Source of the DNA: an uncultured Bacteroidia bacterium
Lineage (GTDB): Bacteria > Bacteroidota > Bacteroidia > Bacteroidales > CAJPTX01
Direction: 5' to 3'
Assembly: GCA_963540065.1 (NCBI GenBank)
Contig: CAUTNK010000007.1
Coordinates: 32,065 to 96,064 of the forward strand
Length of the DNA stretch: 64,000 bases
Of this stretch, positions 47,701-60,017 are shown piece by piece. The first letter of the stretch is position 1, and every line of letters begins with the position of its first letter. A program made the translations under genes and the position numbers. Below the pieces are notes generated by a model. It was not told where the DNA came from. It saw only the letters and a program-made list of their open reading frames with translations, and did no database searches.

Positions 47701-47861
47701 TCGCTCACGTTCCCCGCACCGTTTGGGATCACTACGTGGGCGCCTACCAGCCTGCTCGCTTGTGGTTACAGAAGCGCATCGGTCGCCGCCTCGATTACGA
47801 TGATGTACGTTGGTACCTGCGCGTATGTGCTACTATACATGCTGAGATAACTGAAGTATGA
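44796..47861 (+). CDS. Single-polypeptide Type IIG/IIL-like restriction-modification enzyme (PD-(D/E)XK nuclease + gamma-class N6-adenine methyltransferase + C-terminal specificity region)
   Basis: The ORF-track GTG start is 44763; I prefer ATG 44796 (MLTPLQNYL). N-terminal GAPDIVLLNKENTPVAYLETKD is a PD...E.K motif (about 44958..45021). SAM motif I is LDPATGTGTFLVE (about 45892..45924), upstream of motif IV NPPY (46242..46253). The C-terminal WDHYVGAYQPARLWLQKRIGRRLDYDDVRWY resembles the Type ISP/MmeI-family C-terminal region. Confidence 0.85.
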   Translation: MLTPLQNYLRRLAQEYKTGLTTEHSLRPALVELLSSLPELTRFRVINEPKRIECGAPDIVLLNKENTPVAYLETKDIGDADLRGTKQNKEQFDRYKQGLDCIIFTDFLRFLLYQEGECLLEVRVAEQDGDRLTTHPDAEAKFAELVAHLCDAQPEPITSPKRLALLMAGKAQLLARSIAAILTDEKSEAAQELLQQIARMKEVLRSDVSPVEFADWYAQTLVYGLFAARYHDDHPETFSRQEAAELIPQSNPFLRKLFQRLGVYDLDVRVAWIIDDLVGVFGATDVRTLLDANKAERDPVMLFYEDFLTAYDPARRKARGVYYTPAPVVSFIVRSVDDLLQKEFGLKDGLADRSQAADGKHRLQILDPATGTGTFLVEVVRKIYSKFAGQTGVWNDYVRDHLLPRLHGYEILMAPYAMAHLNLEYVFRETGATFLGESRYGIYLTNTLEDSHFDGNLFSPIDQEAKAVSQLKQDMRVMVMLGNPPYNVSSSNKSQWIEDLMLTYKADLNEKNIKPLSDDYIKFIRFAQYQIEERTQEGIVAFITNNRFLDGVVHRQIRKELLRVFDAIYIVNLHGNSRTKEKTPEGGKDENVFDIQAGVSINIFVKHKESKNSLAKLYYRDLYGLRKEKLTALHSLYLDSTLWKELTPVAPYYFFVEKDFASEEAYRAGFSLTDLFYSYNSGAITARDEAILQITCNEVAIFLEQARILSEDTFRIRYHLGKDSQNWKVAVAQKDAREKDVITLKYFYRPFDYRYAPYTGYRGLFARPYFKKLGVLLHPQNYALCTTRMITAFDNYQHCFVSKNLTDISAISNRTSEVAYAFPLYRLPEGWDYTPAEIVAGITKDGKKIELELNMRPEILAKISETIEEPVRGEEVFDYIYGVLNDKEYRTKYFEFLKIEYPCIPYPKDKTEYQRFVERGTWLRRLHLMDETLALPPVATFDIAGTNLVECVRYDESAQRLWINDTQYFAHVPRTVWDHYVGAYQPARLWLQKRIGRRLDYDDVRWYLRVCATIHAEITEV

Positions 47862-47976
47862 TACTTAGTTTGTAGGGCGAAACGAATAGATTCCTAAAAA
47901 ATGAGCCTACTCTGTATTCGCAATGTGTTGCACTGTTTCCGGATTAGGCAGCATTCTCAACATGACTAAATATGTG

Positions 47977-47984
47977 TACTTTTG
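47977..47984 (+). promoter_or_regulatory. -7 promoter box (TActTTTG) for secA
   Basis: Exact TAnnTTTG, 58 nt upstream of ATG 48042. Confidence 0.4.
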
Positions 47985-48041
47985 CGTTGGTGTGCCGTGC
48001 TGGGAGCATAATGGCTTCTTAATGCGGTTGGAAGCGAGGAT

Positions 48042-51000
48042 ATGAGTGTAATACAAAAGGTGATTTCGGCCATCTTTGGCACGAAGTCGGAACGGGATCT
48101 TAAGGAACTATTGCCCGTGGTCGCTGCTGTGAATGCTGCTGGCGAACGATATAAAAATGCAACTCCCGACGAACTGCGGTCTGCCGTACAGCAAATCCGC
48201 AAGAAGGTAAAAGAGACCTTCGCAGAACAGGATGCCGAGATTGCAGCTATCCGCAACAGACTAGATACTGAGGATCTAGCACTTAGCGATCGCGAGACGC
48301 TTTTTCAGCAAATCGATAACCTGGAAAAGGAAATCCTAGACCGGATAGAAGAGATCCTCAAAGAGGTACTCCCCGAGGTTTTTGCTCTGGTGCGTGCAAC
48401 CGCTCAGTTGTTTGCTACAAACGAGGAATTTGCGGTAACCGCTACCGAGTTTGACCGATACTTGGCTGGGCATGGGAAGGACTTCTTGCGTATCGAGGGC
48501 GATAAAGCCATTTACCGGAATCGTTGGAAAGCGGGCGGTACCGAACAAACTTGGGATATGGTGCACTATGATGTCCAGCTTATTGGCGGTTTGGTGCTTC
48601 ATCAAGGTAAAATAGCAGAGATGTCGACCGGGGAGGGGAAAACCCTTGTGGCAACCCTTCCTGTATTTTTGAATGCGCTGCCTGGGCGAGGTGTACATGT
48701 GGTGACGGTGAACGATTACCTCGCACGACGCGACTCTGAGTGGATGGGTCCCCTTTACGAATTTCACGGCTTGAGTGTAGATTGTATAGATTTGCACGAA
48801 CCGAGTAGTACAGCACGTCGCGAGGCCTATCAAGCCGATATTACGTTTGGTACGAACAACGAGTTCGGCTTCGACTATCTGCGCGACAACATGGTCTTCG
48901 ATGCACAGGGGCTCGTGCAGCGAAAACATAACTATGCTATTGTTGACGAGGTAGACTCTGTACTCATTGACGATGCACGTACGCCGTTGATTATTTCCGG
49001 GCCTACAACATCGCAAGCAGCAGATCAGCTTTTTGAAGAGTTCCGACCCTATGTTGAGCAATTGGTAGGGGCACAGCAAAAATTAGTAACATCTATCCTT
49101 GCTGAAGCTAAAAAGCTGGCAACCGACGAAAAAAACGAAGAAACAGGAAAGCTACTACTACGTGTGTATAAAGGCTTGCCAAAGTATAAGCCCTTTATTA
49201 AGTTTGAGAGCGAACCGGGGATGAAGAGCTTGCGTCAGAAGACCGAGAACTTCTACATGCAGGAAAATAGCAAGAATATGCACCTCATCACGGACGAGCT
49301 CTTTTTCGTCATAGATGAGAAGCAAAATGCTGTGGAGCTTACCGATAAAGGGATCGATGTGTTGTCGAAAGCAGTAAACGACCCCGACTTCTTTATTTTG
49401 CCAGACCTTGCAACTAAGATTGCAGATCTGGAGCAGGGTGGTCTGCAAGGCGATGAAAAAGCTCGAGCACACGAAGAGCTTATGCGTAATTATGCATTGA
49501 AGGCAGAGCGCTTGCATACCGTGCAGCAGTTGCTCCGTGCGTATGCTATGTTTGAGCGCGACGTGGAGTATGTAATTGCTGATAACCAAGTAAAGATTGT
49601 CGACGAGCAAACGGGGCGTATTCTCGAAGGGCGGCGCTATTCGGATGGGTTGCATCAGGCTATAGAAGCTAAAGAACGCGTAAAAGTAGAGGCTGCTACA
49701 CAAACCTTTGCTACAGTCACCCTGCAGAACTATTTCCGTATGTACCACAAGTTGGCAGGTATGACCGGTACTGCAGAAACGGAGGCAGGCGAGTTGTGGA
49801 GCATTTACAAGCTCGATGTGGTGGTGATCCCGACTAATAAGCCCGTAAAACGCGACGATCAGGCAGATATCATCTATAAGACTACGCGTGAGAAGTTTGC
49901 CGCTGTTATTGAGGAGATTGAACGTCTGGTGGCTGCAGGTCGTCCTGTTTTGGTGGGTACTACCTCGGTGGAGATTTCCGAACAGTTGAGCCGTATGCTC
50001 AAGTTTAAAAAGATTCCGCACAACGTGCTAAATGCTAAGCAACATCAGCGAGAGGCAGAGGTAGTGGCACTGGCTGGGCAAAAAAGTACCGTAACCATTG
50101 CTACCAACATGGCAGGGCGTGGTACCGATATTAAGCTTACCCCGGAGGTAAAAGCTGCAGGCGGTTTGGCAATTATTGGTACTGAGCGACACGAGTCGCG
50201 GCGTGTAGATAGGCAGTTGCGCGGTCGTTCTGGGCGACAAGGCGATCCGGGCTCTTCGCTCTTTTTCGTATCGTTGGAAGATAATTTGATGCGACTCTTC
50301 GGTTCTGATAGGCTGGCGCGAATTATGGATTTCCTCGGGCATAAAGAGGGCGATGCCTTGCAACATTCTAAGATATCTAAGTACATCGAGAGAGCACAAC
50401 AGAAAGTCGAGCAAAATAACTTCGGAATTCGTAAACGACTCTTAGAGTATGATGACGTAATGAATATGCAGCGTGAGCGTATCTATACTCGTCGTCGTAA
50501 TGCACTCTTCGGAGAACGTATCGAGGAGGATATGTTCGACATTGTACAGAGTGTTTGCGAGGAATTTGCTGCTAACTACGCGGGGGGCGAGGACTATAAC
50601 GAGTTTTCGGTGGCTGTAATGCGCGAGTTTGCTACTGAAAATAGTATCACCGAAGCTGAATATTTTGACTCGGATAGCGAACAACTCTTCGAAAAACTCC
50701 GCGATATGGTTTGGGAACGCTACAAGTCGCGAATGGCGTCGATGTCGGCGCGGGCATATCCTGTTTTTGTGAGTGTGAAGCAGGAGCATGGCGATCGCTA
50801 CCAAAATGTGCTTGTGCCGTTGTCTGACGGTAAGCAGGAGTTGCAAATAGCGGTGAATCTGGACAGGGCTATCGCCTCGCAGGGGAGAGAGTTAATCCGT
50901 GGCATCTCACGGACGGTTATTTTGCACGAAATTGACCGTCACTGGCAACAGCATCTCCTTGCTATGGACGAGTTGAAGCAGAGTGTACAAAATGCATCGT

Positions 51001-51392
51001 ACGAGCAAAAAGACCCACTAATTATCTATAAATTTGAGGGTTATACGCTCTTTGAGAAGATGATGCAGGAGCTCAACCGCGACGTCTTGCATCTCTTGTT
51101 GCGCATCCATTTACCTAAGGTGAACGAGTCGCAAGATATATCCGAGGCACCCTCGCAAAGAATGAACAGACGCGATGCGCGTAAATTGCACGCTGGGCGT
51201 GAGGAAATGGGAGGAGGCGACTCGGCAGCTGCCAGAGCTCGGCAACGTGCTGCACAGGAAGCAGCTATCGCACAACAACACCGTGAAGTGAATCGGACTC
51301 CCGTCCGTCGCGAGCAAAAAGTGGGAAGAAATGATCCTTGCCCGTGTGGGAGTGGTAAAAAGTTTAAGAATTGTTGTGGTGCCAATTCCTAA
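48042..51392 (+). CDS. secA: Preprotein translocase ATPase SecA
   Basis: 1116 aa. Motifs: [44 protein letters not shown]-terminal Zn finger: [14 protein letters not shown]. Confidence 0.98.
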   Translation: MSVIQKVISAIFGTKSERDLKELLPVVAAVNAAGERYKNATPDELRSAVQQIRKKVKETFAEQDAEIAAIRNRLDTEDLALSDRETLFQQIDNLEKEILDRIEEILKEVLPEVFALVRATAQLFATNEEFAVTATEFDRYLAGHGKDFLRIEGDKAIYRNRWKAGGTEQTWDMVHYDVQLIGGLVLHQGKIAEMSTGEGKTLVATLPVFLNALPGRGVHVVTVNDYLARRDSEWMGPLYEFHGLSVDCIDLHEPSSTARREAYQADITFGTNNEFGFDYLRDNMVFDAQGLVQRKHNYAIVDEVDSVLIDDARTPLIISGPTTSQAADQLFEEFRPYVEQLVGAQQKLVTSILAEAKKLATDEKNEETGKLLLRVYKGLPKYKPFIKFESEPGMKSLRQKTENFYMQENSKNMHLITDELFFVIDEKQNAVELTDKGIDVLSKAVNDPDFFILPDLATKIADLEQGGLQGDEKARAHEELMRNYALKAERLHTVQQLLRAYAMFERDVEYVIADNQVKIVDEQTGRILEGRRYSDGLHQAIEAKERVKVEAATQTFATVTLQNYFRMYHKLAGMTGTAETEAGELWSIYKLDVVVIPTNKPVKRDDQADIIYKTTREKFAAVIEEIERLVAAGRPVLVGTTSVEISEQLSRMLKFKKIPHNVLNAKQHQREAEVVALAGQKSTVTIATNMAGRGTDIKLTPEVKAAGGLAIIGTERHESRRVDRQLRGRSGRQGDPGSSLFFVSLEDNLMRLFGSDRLARIMDFLGHKEGDALQHSKISKYIERAQQKVEQNNFGIRKRLLEYDDVMNMQRERIYTRRRNALFGERIEEDMFDIVQSVCEEFAANYAGGEDYNEFSVAVMREFATENSITEAEYFDSDSEQLFEKLRDMVWERYKSRMASMSARAYPVFVSVKQEHGDRYQNVLVPLSDGKQELQIAVNLDRAIASQGRELIRGISRTVILHEIDRHWQQHLLAMDELKQSVQNASYEQKDPLIIYKFEGYTLFEKMMQELNRDVLHLLLRIHLPKVNESQDISEAPSQRMNRRDARKLHAGREEMGGGDSAAARARQRAAQEAAIAQQHREVNRTPVRREQKVGRNDPCPCGSGKKFKNCCGANS

Positions 51393-51533
51393 TTTATTAG
51401 CATAGTGCGAAGCTAGTACTTCGGCTACGAATTGCGAGAGAGTTGGCTAGAAAGCCACAGCAAGCGCTCGTGGGGCGTTGTGTCGGGCGGAGTGCAGAAA
51501 AAACAAAAGGCGTCTTAATTACTTGTAGAAAAT

Positions 51534-53324
51534 ATGGAAACCTTGTCGGGGCTCCGCGCAGATGTCGCAAAGGCATTGGAAGTGTGTTTGGGTGTGCGTG
51601 TTGAGGCGAATACGTTGGTTTTACAGACAACTCGCGAGGAGTTCGAGGGCGACTATACATTAGTAGTTTTCCCGTGGGTGAAACAAGCCCGTACAAGCCC
51701 CGAACAGTTAGCAGAGGTACTGGGAGGTTGGTTGCGCGACAATTCGGCATACGTGAGCCATTACAACGTTGTAAAAGGCTTTTTAAATCTGACGCTCTCG
51801 AATCAGTTGGTGTGGGATAGTTTGCGAGCACTTTCGCAACCCAGTTGGTGGCAGATGCCCGCCAATGGTAGACGAGTGATGGTAGAGTACAGTTCGCCGA
51901 ATACTAACAAGCCGCTTCACTTGGGGCATATCCGTAACAACCTCCTCGGGTGGTCTATTGCAAAAATATTGGAAGCGACCGGAACTGAGGTTATCATGGC
52001 AAACCTCGTGAATGATCGTGGTATACATATCTGCAAGTCTATGGTAGCTTGGCTTCGTTACGGGAATGGCGATACACCAGAATCTGTAGGGCAAAAGGGT
52101 GATCATTTTGTAGGTGCTTATTACGTTCGTTACGACAAAGCTTATCAGGCTGAAGTTAAAGAACTTATAGCTAAAGGTGTGGATCCTGAGGCGGCACAAA
52201 AACAAGCACCTATCCTTTTAGAAGCACAGGACTTGCTTCGGAAATGGGAAGCCAACGACCCAGCAATACGTTCGCTTTGGGAGCGGATGAATGCTTGGGT
52301 TTATGCAGGTTTTGATCAAACATACGAAGCCTTAGGAATACATTTCGACCGCGTGTACTACGAATCGCAAACCTATCTGCTTGGTAAACAAATAGTAAAA
52401 GATGGGCTTGCTAAGGGCATTCTCGAACAGCATGATGACGGCTCTGTGTGGATAGATTTGCGCCCGGACGGCTTAGACGAAAAACTCCTCCTCCGCTCGG
52501 ATGGCACATCGGTGTATATGACGCAAGACTTGGGTACGGCGGTAGAACGTTTCAAAGAGTATCAGTTGGACGATTTAGTCTATGTCGTGGGGAACGAGCA
52601 AGAGTATCATTTTCAGGTATTACGCAAGTTGTTAGGGCGATTGGGTTACGATTGGAGCGAGCGCATTTACCATTTGAGTTATGGTATGATTACCCTGCCA
52701 GAGGGTAAAATGAAGTCGCGCGAAGGTACTGTAGTGGATGCTGACGACCTAATTGCAGATTTGTTCACGGAGGCAGCTAAAATCGGTAAAGAGCAAGGAA
52801 AAGCTGCAGATCTTTCCGAGGCGGATGCCAACGAGATATATCGAAAAGTATCGCTAGGTGCCCTAAAGTACTATATGTTGAAAATAGACCCCGCGAAGGG
52901 TATTTTGTTTAGACCTGACGAGTCGGTAGATTTTAATGGGAATACGGGACCATTCTTACAGTATACTTGTGCTCGTGCCTATTCGATATTAAGAAAATTG
53001 GCATCTAGTGTTTCTGTGGTTGAGGCATCTGAATTGTTGCCGGAGGGGCTAGGATTCCGTAAAGTGGAGCGTAGCTTGATATGGATGCTGTACGACTATC
53101 AGCGTGTAATTTTGGATGCCGCACAAAAATTAAGTCCCGCGTTAGTAGCGAATTACGTCTACGACCTTGCTTCGCGTTTCAACCAATTCTATCATGAGTG
53201 TCCGATCGCACGCGAGGAGAACCTGTATGTACAACAGATGCGTCTGCGTCTGACTCAAAGTACGTTGGCTGTTTTGTGCGACGGCTTGCGTCTCCTCGGT
53301 ATTGAGGCTCCTGAGCAGATGTAA
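51534..53324 (+). CDS. argS: Arginine--tRNA ligase
   Basis: 596 aa. Contains SSPNTNKPLHLGHIRNN (HIGH motif), KMKSREG (KMSKS-like motif) and a DALR anticodon-binding C-domain. Confidence 0.97.
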   Translation: METLSGLRADVAKALEVCLGVRVEANTLVLQTTREEFEGDYTLVVFPWVKQARTSPEQLAEVLGGWLRDNSAYVSHYNVVKGFLNLTLSNQLVWDSLRALSQPSWWQMPANGRRVMVEYSSPNTNKPLHLGHIRNNLLGWSIAKILEATGTEVIMANLVNDRGIHICKSMVAWLRYGNGDTPESVGQKGDHFVGAYYVRYDKAYQAEVKELIAKGVDPEAAQKQAPILLEAQDLLRKWEANDPAIRSLWERMNAWVYAGFDQTYEALGIHFDRVYYESQTYLLGKQIVKDGLAKGILEQHDDGSVWIDLRPDGLDEKLLLRSDGTSVYMTQDLGTAVERFKEYQLDDLVYVVGNEQEYHFQVLRKLLGRLGYDWSERIYHLSYGMITLPEGKMKSREGTVVDADDLIADLFTEAAKIGKEQGKAADLSEADANEIYRKVSLGALKYYMLKIDPAKGILFRPDESVDFNGNTGPFLQYTCARAYSILRKLASSVSVVEASELLPEGLGFRKVERSLIWMLYDYQRVILDAAQKLSPALVANYVYDLASRFNQFYHECPIAREENLYVQQMRLRLTQSTLAVLCDGLRLLGIEAPEQM

Positions 53325-53355
53325 GCAGAGCTATTATAGCTTATCTTCATTTTCG

Positions 53356-54669
53356 ATGAATTATCAAGAAACGTTAGCTTACCTCGAGTCCTCGCTTCCG
53401 ATGTTTCAACGGACAGGTGCCGCTGCTTACAAAGCGAATCTGGATACGAGCGAGGCGTTGGATATGTATGATGCTACTCCGCATCAGTCCTATTTGTGTG
53501 TACATGTGGGTGGTACCAATGGGAAGGGGAGTGTATCGCACGCATTGGCAAGTATTTTGCAAGCCGCGGGGTATAGGGTCGGTCTGTGTACTTCGCCGCA
53601 TTTGATCGATTTTCGAGAGCGCATCCGTATCAATGGCGAAAAGATCGAAGAGGAGTACGTGGTGGACTACGTAGCTTCGCACCGTGAGCTCTTCGAAGAG
53701 TTACAACCCTCCTTCTTTGAGATGTTTGTTGCTCTGGCATTTAACTATTTTGCCGAGAAGGCGGTAGATATCGCTGTTATTGAGGTTGGCTTGGGAGGCA
53801 GACTCGATTCTACCAATATTATTCAGCCTATTCTCAGTGTGGTTACTAATGTGAGTTTGGATCATACCGATTTGTTAGGCGATACGATAGAGTCTATTGC
53901 GAAAGAAAAAGCAGGGATTGTAAAGCTTGGAGTGCCGATTGTTGTAGGCGATGCGCGGGGGCCGGTACGTGGTGTCTTTACGCGTGCCGCTGCAGAGCTG
54001 GACACGGTGCTTACCGTAGCAGGCAATACTTGGAAATGTGTAGAACAAACGCTTACCGAGGACGGGCGTTTGCAGCATTTTTGTTACGAGCATGCGTATA
54101 AAAAAAATACGGTAGCATTCGATACGGATCTACTTTCGAGAGTACAAAGAGAGAATTTTGCCACGGTGCTAAGTGCCGTAGATATGCTCCGAGCTTATGG
54201 TTGTGCCATCCCACCTCAGGCCTTAACAGATGGGCTCCGGAATGTTGTGGGGAATACGCATCTTCATGGACGTTGGGAATGGTTAAGCGAGCATCCGCGT
54301 GTAGTTTGCGATACAGGGCACAACGTAGAGGGTGTACGTTCGGTAGTTGCACAGTTGGCGCAGACGCCTCACGATCACCTTCATATGGTAATCGGGCTTA
54401 CGGGCGATAAGGATATCCGTGGTATTCTTTCGCTTTTGCCGCACGATGCTATCTATTATTTTACGCAAGCTAGCGTGCCGCGAGCTTTGAAGGTGGAAGT
54501 TCTGCAACAACATGCAGCAACGGTGGGTTTGTCGGGGACGTGCTACCAGTCCATAAAAGAAGCTCTAGAAGCTGCTATGCGTGATGCAGCGCCCGATGAT
54601 TTGGTATTTGTAGGTGGTAGTACCTATGTGGTGGGCGAGGCGATGCAGATACTAAATCTGCATATGTAG
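53356..54669 (+). CDS. folC: Bifunctional folylpolyglutamate synthase / dihydrofolate synthase
   Basis: I prefer ATG 53356 (MNYQETLAYLESSLPMFQR) over the ORF-track start at 53302, which overlaps argS. P-loop is HVGGTNGKGS. The body is Mur-ligase-like. Confidence 0.9.
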   Translation: MNYQETLAYLESSLPMFQRTGAAAYKANLDTSEALDMYDATPHQSYLCVHVGGTNGKGSVSHALASILQAAGYRVGLCTSPHLIDFRERIRINGEKIEEEYVVDYVASHRELFEELQPSFFEMFVALAFNYFAEKAVDIAVIEVGLGGRLDSTNIIQPILSVVTNVSLDHTDLLGDTIESIAKEKAGIVKLGVPIVVGDARGPVRGVFTRAAAELDTVLTVAGNTWKCVEQTLTEDGRLQHFCYEHAYKKNTVAFDTDLLSRVQRENFATVLSAVDMLRAYGCAIPPQALTDGLRNVVGNTHLHGRWEWLSEHPRVVCDTGHNVEGVRSVVAQLAQTPHDHLHMVIGLTGDKDIRGILSLLPHDAIYYFTQASVPRALKVEVLQQHAATVGLSGTCYQSIKEALEAAMRDAAPDDLVFVGGSTYVVGEAMQILNLHM

Positions 54670-54753
54670 CCGAGTAGTCTATTGGTTTTACTCTGTTTTG
54701 CTTTTGCGAAATTACTGATATAGTTTGGTTTAGATAAGAGGATAGGAGAGGTT

Positions 54754-55686
54754 ATGGCTGGTGGGAGTTCGAAGTTGTGGGCGCGTTTGGCGCTATTGCT
54801 TGTTGCAATTATTTGGGGGAGTACATTGGTAGTTTCGAAGAGCACGACGGGTACTATTCATCCGAATTTGTTGATAGCGTTGCGTTTTCTGATAGCCTTT
54901 GTGGTGTTGGCATTGGTCTTTTTTAAGCGTCTGAAGCAGCTTAATGCCTCTTACTGGGTGAGTGGCTTGGTGATAGGTTTTTGCTTATTCCTAGCGCATT
55001 CGGCACAAACCTTGGGTGTAACGGATGGCGGCGGCGATCCAGGGCGGAGTGGTTTTCTCTCGGCAGCCTATTGCGTAATAGTTCCTTTTTTGGCGTGGGC
55101 GGTGAATCGGGTACGTCCCGACCGTTACAACATTATAGCAGCACTTCTTTGTATAACAGGTATTGGGCTGATTTCGTTTGGCGAGTTAAGTCCAGAGCAA
55201 CAAGCTGCGGCGCAATATGCCGGCTTTACGCTCCCGGATGCATTGGCGCTTCTGAGTGGTATTTTCTTTGCTGCACATATTGTTACTATCGAGCGTTTTA
55301 GTAAGGAGAAAGACCCGATTTTGGTTACGATTATGCAGTTCCTTTTCGCAGGAGTTTTTGCAGTGATTGCGGTTCTTTTTCAGGATATGGATGCTGTGCA
55401 AAATGCGCAGTGGAGCGAAGAGCTTTGGTTGTCGGTGGGCTACCTTGCTATTATAGCTACGGCTTTGGCGCTCCTGCTGCAAAATCTGGGGCAAAAGTTT
55501 TGCGATGCTAATAGTGCGGCGATTATTCTAGGTACAGAATCGCTATTTTGCGTATTGTTTGGAGTGTTGTATTCTGGCGAAAAGATCACGACAATGCTCG
55601 CCATCGGCTTTGTATTAATTTTTGCGGCGATTTTGGTATCCGAAACTAAGCTCAGCTTCTTGCGAAAAAGCAGGCAAAAAGTCTGA
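54754..55686 (+). CDS. DMT-superfamily (EamA-like) transporter
   Basis: 310 aa with about 10 hydrophobic helices arranged as two EamA-like halves. Confidence 0.85.
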   Translation: MAGGSSKLWARLALLLVAIIWGSTLVVSKSTTGTIHPNLLIALRFLIAFVVLALVFFKRLKQLNASYWVSGLVIGFCLFLAHSAQTLGVTDGGGDPGRSGFLSAAYCVIVPFLAWAVNRVRPDRYNIIAALLCITGIGLISFGELSPEQQAAAQYAGFTLPDALALLSGIFFAAHIVTIERFSKEKDPILVTIMQFLFAGVFAVIAVLFQDMDAVQNAQWSEELWLSVGYLAIIATALALLLQNLGQKFCDANSAAIILGTESLFCVLFGVLYSGEKITTMLAIGFVLIFAAILVSETKLSFLRKSRQKV

Positions 55687-55817
55687 AAAGACCAGATTTG
55701 TAGTAAAAGTATACCGACGTACAACTTTCCGACTCTTCTGTACAAATAAGTGATTTTTAGTTAGATAATACGCTTGTTGTAAAATAGGCATCTCCTGAAG
55801 CTTTTATTTAGAAGGGT

Positions 55818-55825
55818 TATATTTG
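55818..55825 (+). promoter_or_regulatory. -7 promoter box (TAtaTTTG) directly upstream of thiS
   Basis: Exact TAnnTTTG, ending 6 nt before ATG 55832. Confidence 0.35.
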
Positions 55826-55831
55826 TAAGCA

Positions 55832-56056
55832 ATGGCGAAGGAAGGAGAGCGGATTATCATCCGAGTAAATGGAACGTCTACCGAAGTTGCGGCGGGTATT
55901 TGTTTGTCGCAATTTGTGGAGTTGCGCGGTCTTCTACAAACGGAGGGGATAGCAGTTGCTGTTAACAACAAGGTCGTACGGCGTGCACAGTGGGATACGA
56001 CTGAACTACTTGACGGCGATAGCGTTGTATTACTAACGGCGGTGCAAGGAGGTTGA
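55832..56056 (+). CDS. thiS: Sulfur-carrier protein ThiS
   Basis: 74 aa with a ubiquitin-like size. It ends in ...VLLTAVQGG (C-terminal Gly-Gly) and lies directly upstream of thiC. Confidence 0.85.
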   Translation: MAKEGERIIIRVNGTSTEVAAGICLSQFVELRGLLQTEGIAVAVNNKVVRRAQWDTTELLDGDSVVLLTAVQGG

Positions 56057-56091
56057 GGTGTGGCGCTCGGGTAGTTCGTTTTAAGATTTGA

Positions 56092-57864
<1,773 letters not shown>

Positions 57865-57904
57865 TGAAGAGAAGAAGCTGTAAAATATAAAGAAAAACGG
57901 GTTT

Positions 57905-59521
57905 ATGAGTAAGTTAGATTTGTCGGTGTACGGGATCGAGAACCCTACCGAAGTTGTGTATAATCCATCGTACGACTATCTCTACGAGCAGGAATTATCT
58001 TCTACATTAAGTGGCTACGAACGCGGAGTGTTAACCGAACTGGGGGCTGTAAATGTAGATACGGGGGTCTTTACAGGGCGCTCGCCCAAGGATAAGTATA
58101 TCGTGCGGAATGCAGAGACCGAGAAGCATGTCTGGTGGGCGACACCCGGAAAGAAGAGTTCGGACAATAAACCGATGTCGCAAGAGACGTGGGAATACCT
58201 TAAGAAGATTAGTGCGAAACAGCTTAGTGGCAAGAAGCTTTATGTGACCGATGCGTATTGTGGAGCGAATGAAGATACGCGCATCTGTGTCCGTTTTGTT
58301 TGCGAGGTGGCTTGGCAAGCACACTTTGTAAAGAATATGTTCATTCGTCCAACAGACGAGCAGCTCGCGAATTTCAAGCCCGATTTCGTGGTACTGGTAG
58401 CCTCCAAGACCTCCAACGATAAGTGGAAGGAACAGGGCTTAAACAGCGAAGTGTATGCTGCGTTTCATCTTACAGAGCGTATGGCTGTTATTGGCGGTAC
58501 GTGGTATGGCGGCGAAATGAAGAAGGGTATCTTCTCGGTTATGAATTACTTCCTCCCCCTCAACGGGATGGCAGCTATGCACTGCAGCGCTAATGTAGGA
58601 AAGAAGGGAGATGTAGCTATATTTTTTGGACTTTCCGGAACAGGAAAGACAACCCTCTCGGCAGATCCGAATCGAGCGCTCATCGGAGACGACGAGCACG
58701 GATGGGACGACAACGGTGTCTTTAACTTCGAGGGCGGATGCTATGCAAAATGTATCAATCTGGATCCAGAAAAGGAACCGGATATCTACCAAGCTATCCG
58801 TCGCGATGCTCTGCTAGAAAACTTAGACGTGGATGCGAATGGTAAGATAGATTTTAGTTCGAAGAAGAAGACCGAAAATACGCGAGTGTCGTACCCCATT
58901 TACCATATCGAGAATATCGTAAAGCCGGTTTCTCGAGCAGGGCATGCTAAGAATGTGATCTTCCTTACCGCAGATGCTTTTGGGGTATTGCCTCCCGTGT
59001 CGGCGCTTACTCCCGAACAAATGCAATATCATTTCCTGAGCGGGTTTACAGCGAAGTTGGCAGGTACTGAGCGCGGGATTACTGAGCCACAACCAACCTT
59101 TAGTAGTTGCTTTGGTCAGGCTTTCTTGCTTTTGCACCCGACCGAGTATGCGCGCGAGTTGGTTCGGAAGATGGAACAACACAACTGCAAGGCGTATCTG
59201 GTTAATACGGGCTGGATTGGTGGCGCATATGGTGTGGGTAAGCGCATTGATTTGCCATCTACACGAGCCATTATTAACGCTATTCTGGACGGTGCACTCG
59301 AAAAGGCAGAATACGAGGAGTTGCCGATTTTCAATCTGCGTGTCCCGAAGGCGGTTCCTGGCGTAGATAGCAAGATGCTGAATCCGCGCAATGCTTGGAG
59401 TTCGCCCGAGGCTTGGGAAAAGCAAGCACGCGAGCTTGCTGCTAAGTTTATAGCCAATTTCGAAAACTTTACCGATAACGAAGCGGGTAAGAAGCTTGTT
59501 GCTGCAGGTCCGCAGTTGTAG
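57905..59521 (+). CDS. pckA: Phosphoenolpyruvate carboxykinase (ATP)
   Basis: 538 aa. Kinase-1a loop is [13 protein letters not shown]; also IGDDEHGW and NTGWIGG. Confidence 0.97.
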   Translation: MSKLDLSVYGIENPTEVVYNPSYDYLYEQELSSTLSGYERGVLTELGAVNVDTGVFTGRSPKDKYIVRNAETEKHVWWATPGKKSSDNKPMSQETWEYLKKISAKQLSGKKLYVTDAYCGANEDTRICVRFVCEVAWQAHFVKNMFIRPTDEQLANFKPDFVVLVASKTSNDKWKEQGLNSEVYAAFHLTERMAVIGGTWYGGEMKKGIFSVMNYFLPLNGMAAMHCSANVGKKGDVAIFFGLSGTGKTTLSADPNRALIGDDEHGWDDNGVFNFEGGCYAKCINLDPEKEPDIYQAIRRDALLENLDVDANGKIDFSSKKKTENTRVSYPIYHIENIVKPVSRAGHAKNVIFLTADAFGVLPPVSALTPEQMQYHFLSGFTAKLAGTERGITEPQPTFSSCFGQAFLLLHPTEYARELVRKMEQHNCKAYLVNTGWIGGAYGVGKRIDLPSTRAIINAILDGALEKAEYEELPIFNLRVPKAVPGVDSKMLNPRNAWSSPEAWEKQARELAAKFIANFENFTDNEAGKKLVAAGPQL

Positions 59522-59580
59522 GATTGTAGAACCATTACTGTAGGGAGTGATGCTTATGCACTCCTTCCTTTTCGAAACGA

Positions 59581-59609
59581 AAGGACGCGAGAAATTGCGT
59601 CCTTTTTTT
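59581..59609 (+). terminator. Rho-independent terminator after pckA
   Basis: Perfect 8-bp stem AAGGACGC / GCGTCCTT with loop gagaaatt, followed by a T5 run. Confidence 0.75.
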
Positions 59610-59687
59610 GTGTAGATATTGTTTTGGTAGTTTCGAAAGAAATGACTAACTATGTGTTAGGAAGAGTTACTAATCGAAACTTAAGTA

Positions 59688-59921
59688 GTGGTGAGAAAAA
59701 AGTTAATATTACTTTTTGCTGTTCTTGTGGGTGCAGCTGTTGCATTGATTACTAATGTCCGTTTTACGCCAGCTACTGCTGATGGCACAACTCCTGAGTT
59801 GTCGATGATTGTGATAGGGAAGTGTAAAGCACATTCAAGTATTTGCAAAATACAAGATGGGGTTATATATTATGGAGAGTGGCATGAACTAGTGCTTCGT
59901 CCGAGACCCAAAGGAGAGTAG
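59688..59921 (+). CDS. Small hypothetical exported/membrane protein (77 codons, GTG start)
   Basis: The N-terminal KKLILLFAVLVGAAVALI looks like a signal or anchor. The mature part carries two Cys (GKCKAHSSICK). There is no ATG start. It lies in an AT-rich unit bracketed by two strong terminators. Confidence 0.3.
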   Translation: MVRKKLILLFAVLVGAAVALITNVRFTPATADGTTPELSMIVIGKCKAHSSICKIQDGVIYYGEWHELVLRPRPKGE

Positions 59922-60017
59922 TTCAGAGTGTTTTCGATTTTTAGAAATTCTCTGTATTACAGTATAAGCTCTGTCATTGAAAAGACAGGTAAGGTTTTCT
60001 TTTAGAAGTGTGTTGAT

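Noticed and set aside
48336-50021. Long antisense ORFs inside secA (48336..49079, 247 aa; 49158..50021, 287 aa; also 50028..50414 and 50442..50846).
   Set aside because: They sit opposite a clearly recognised secA frame and have no recognisable motifs. Such shadow ORFs are common antisense to highly biased genes.
51397-51831. 144-aa minus-strand ORF spanning the secA-argS intergenic region and the argS start.
   Set aside because: It overlaps the argS N-terminus antisense. The product is Pro/Arg/Ser-rich with no motif, and I found no TAnnTTTG box or other start signal for it.
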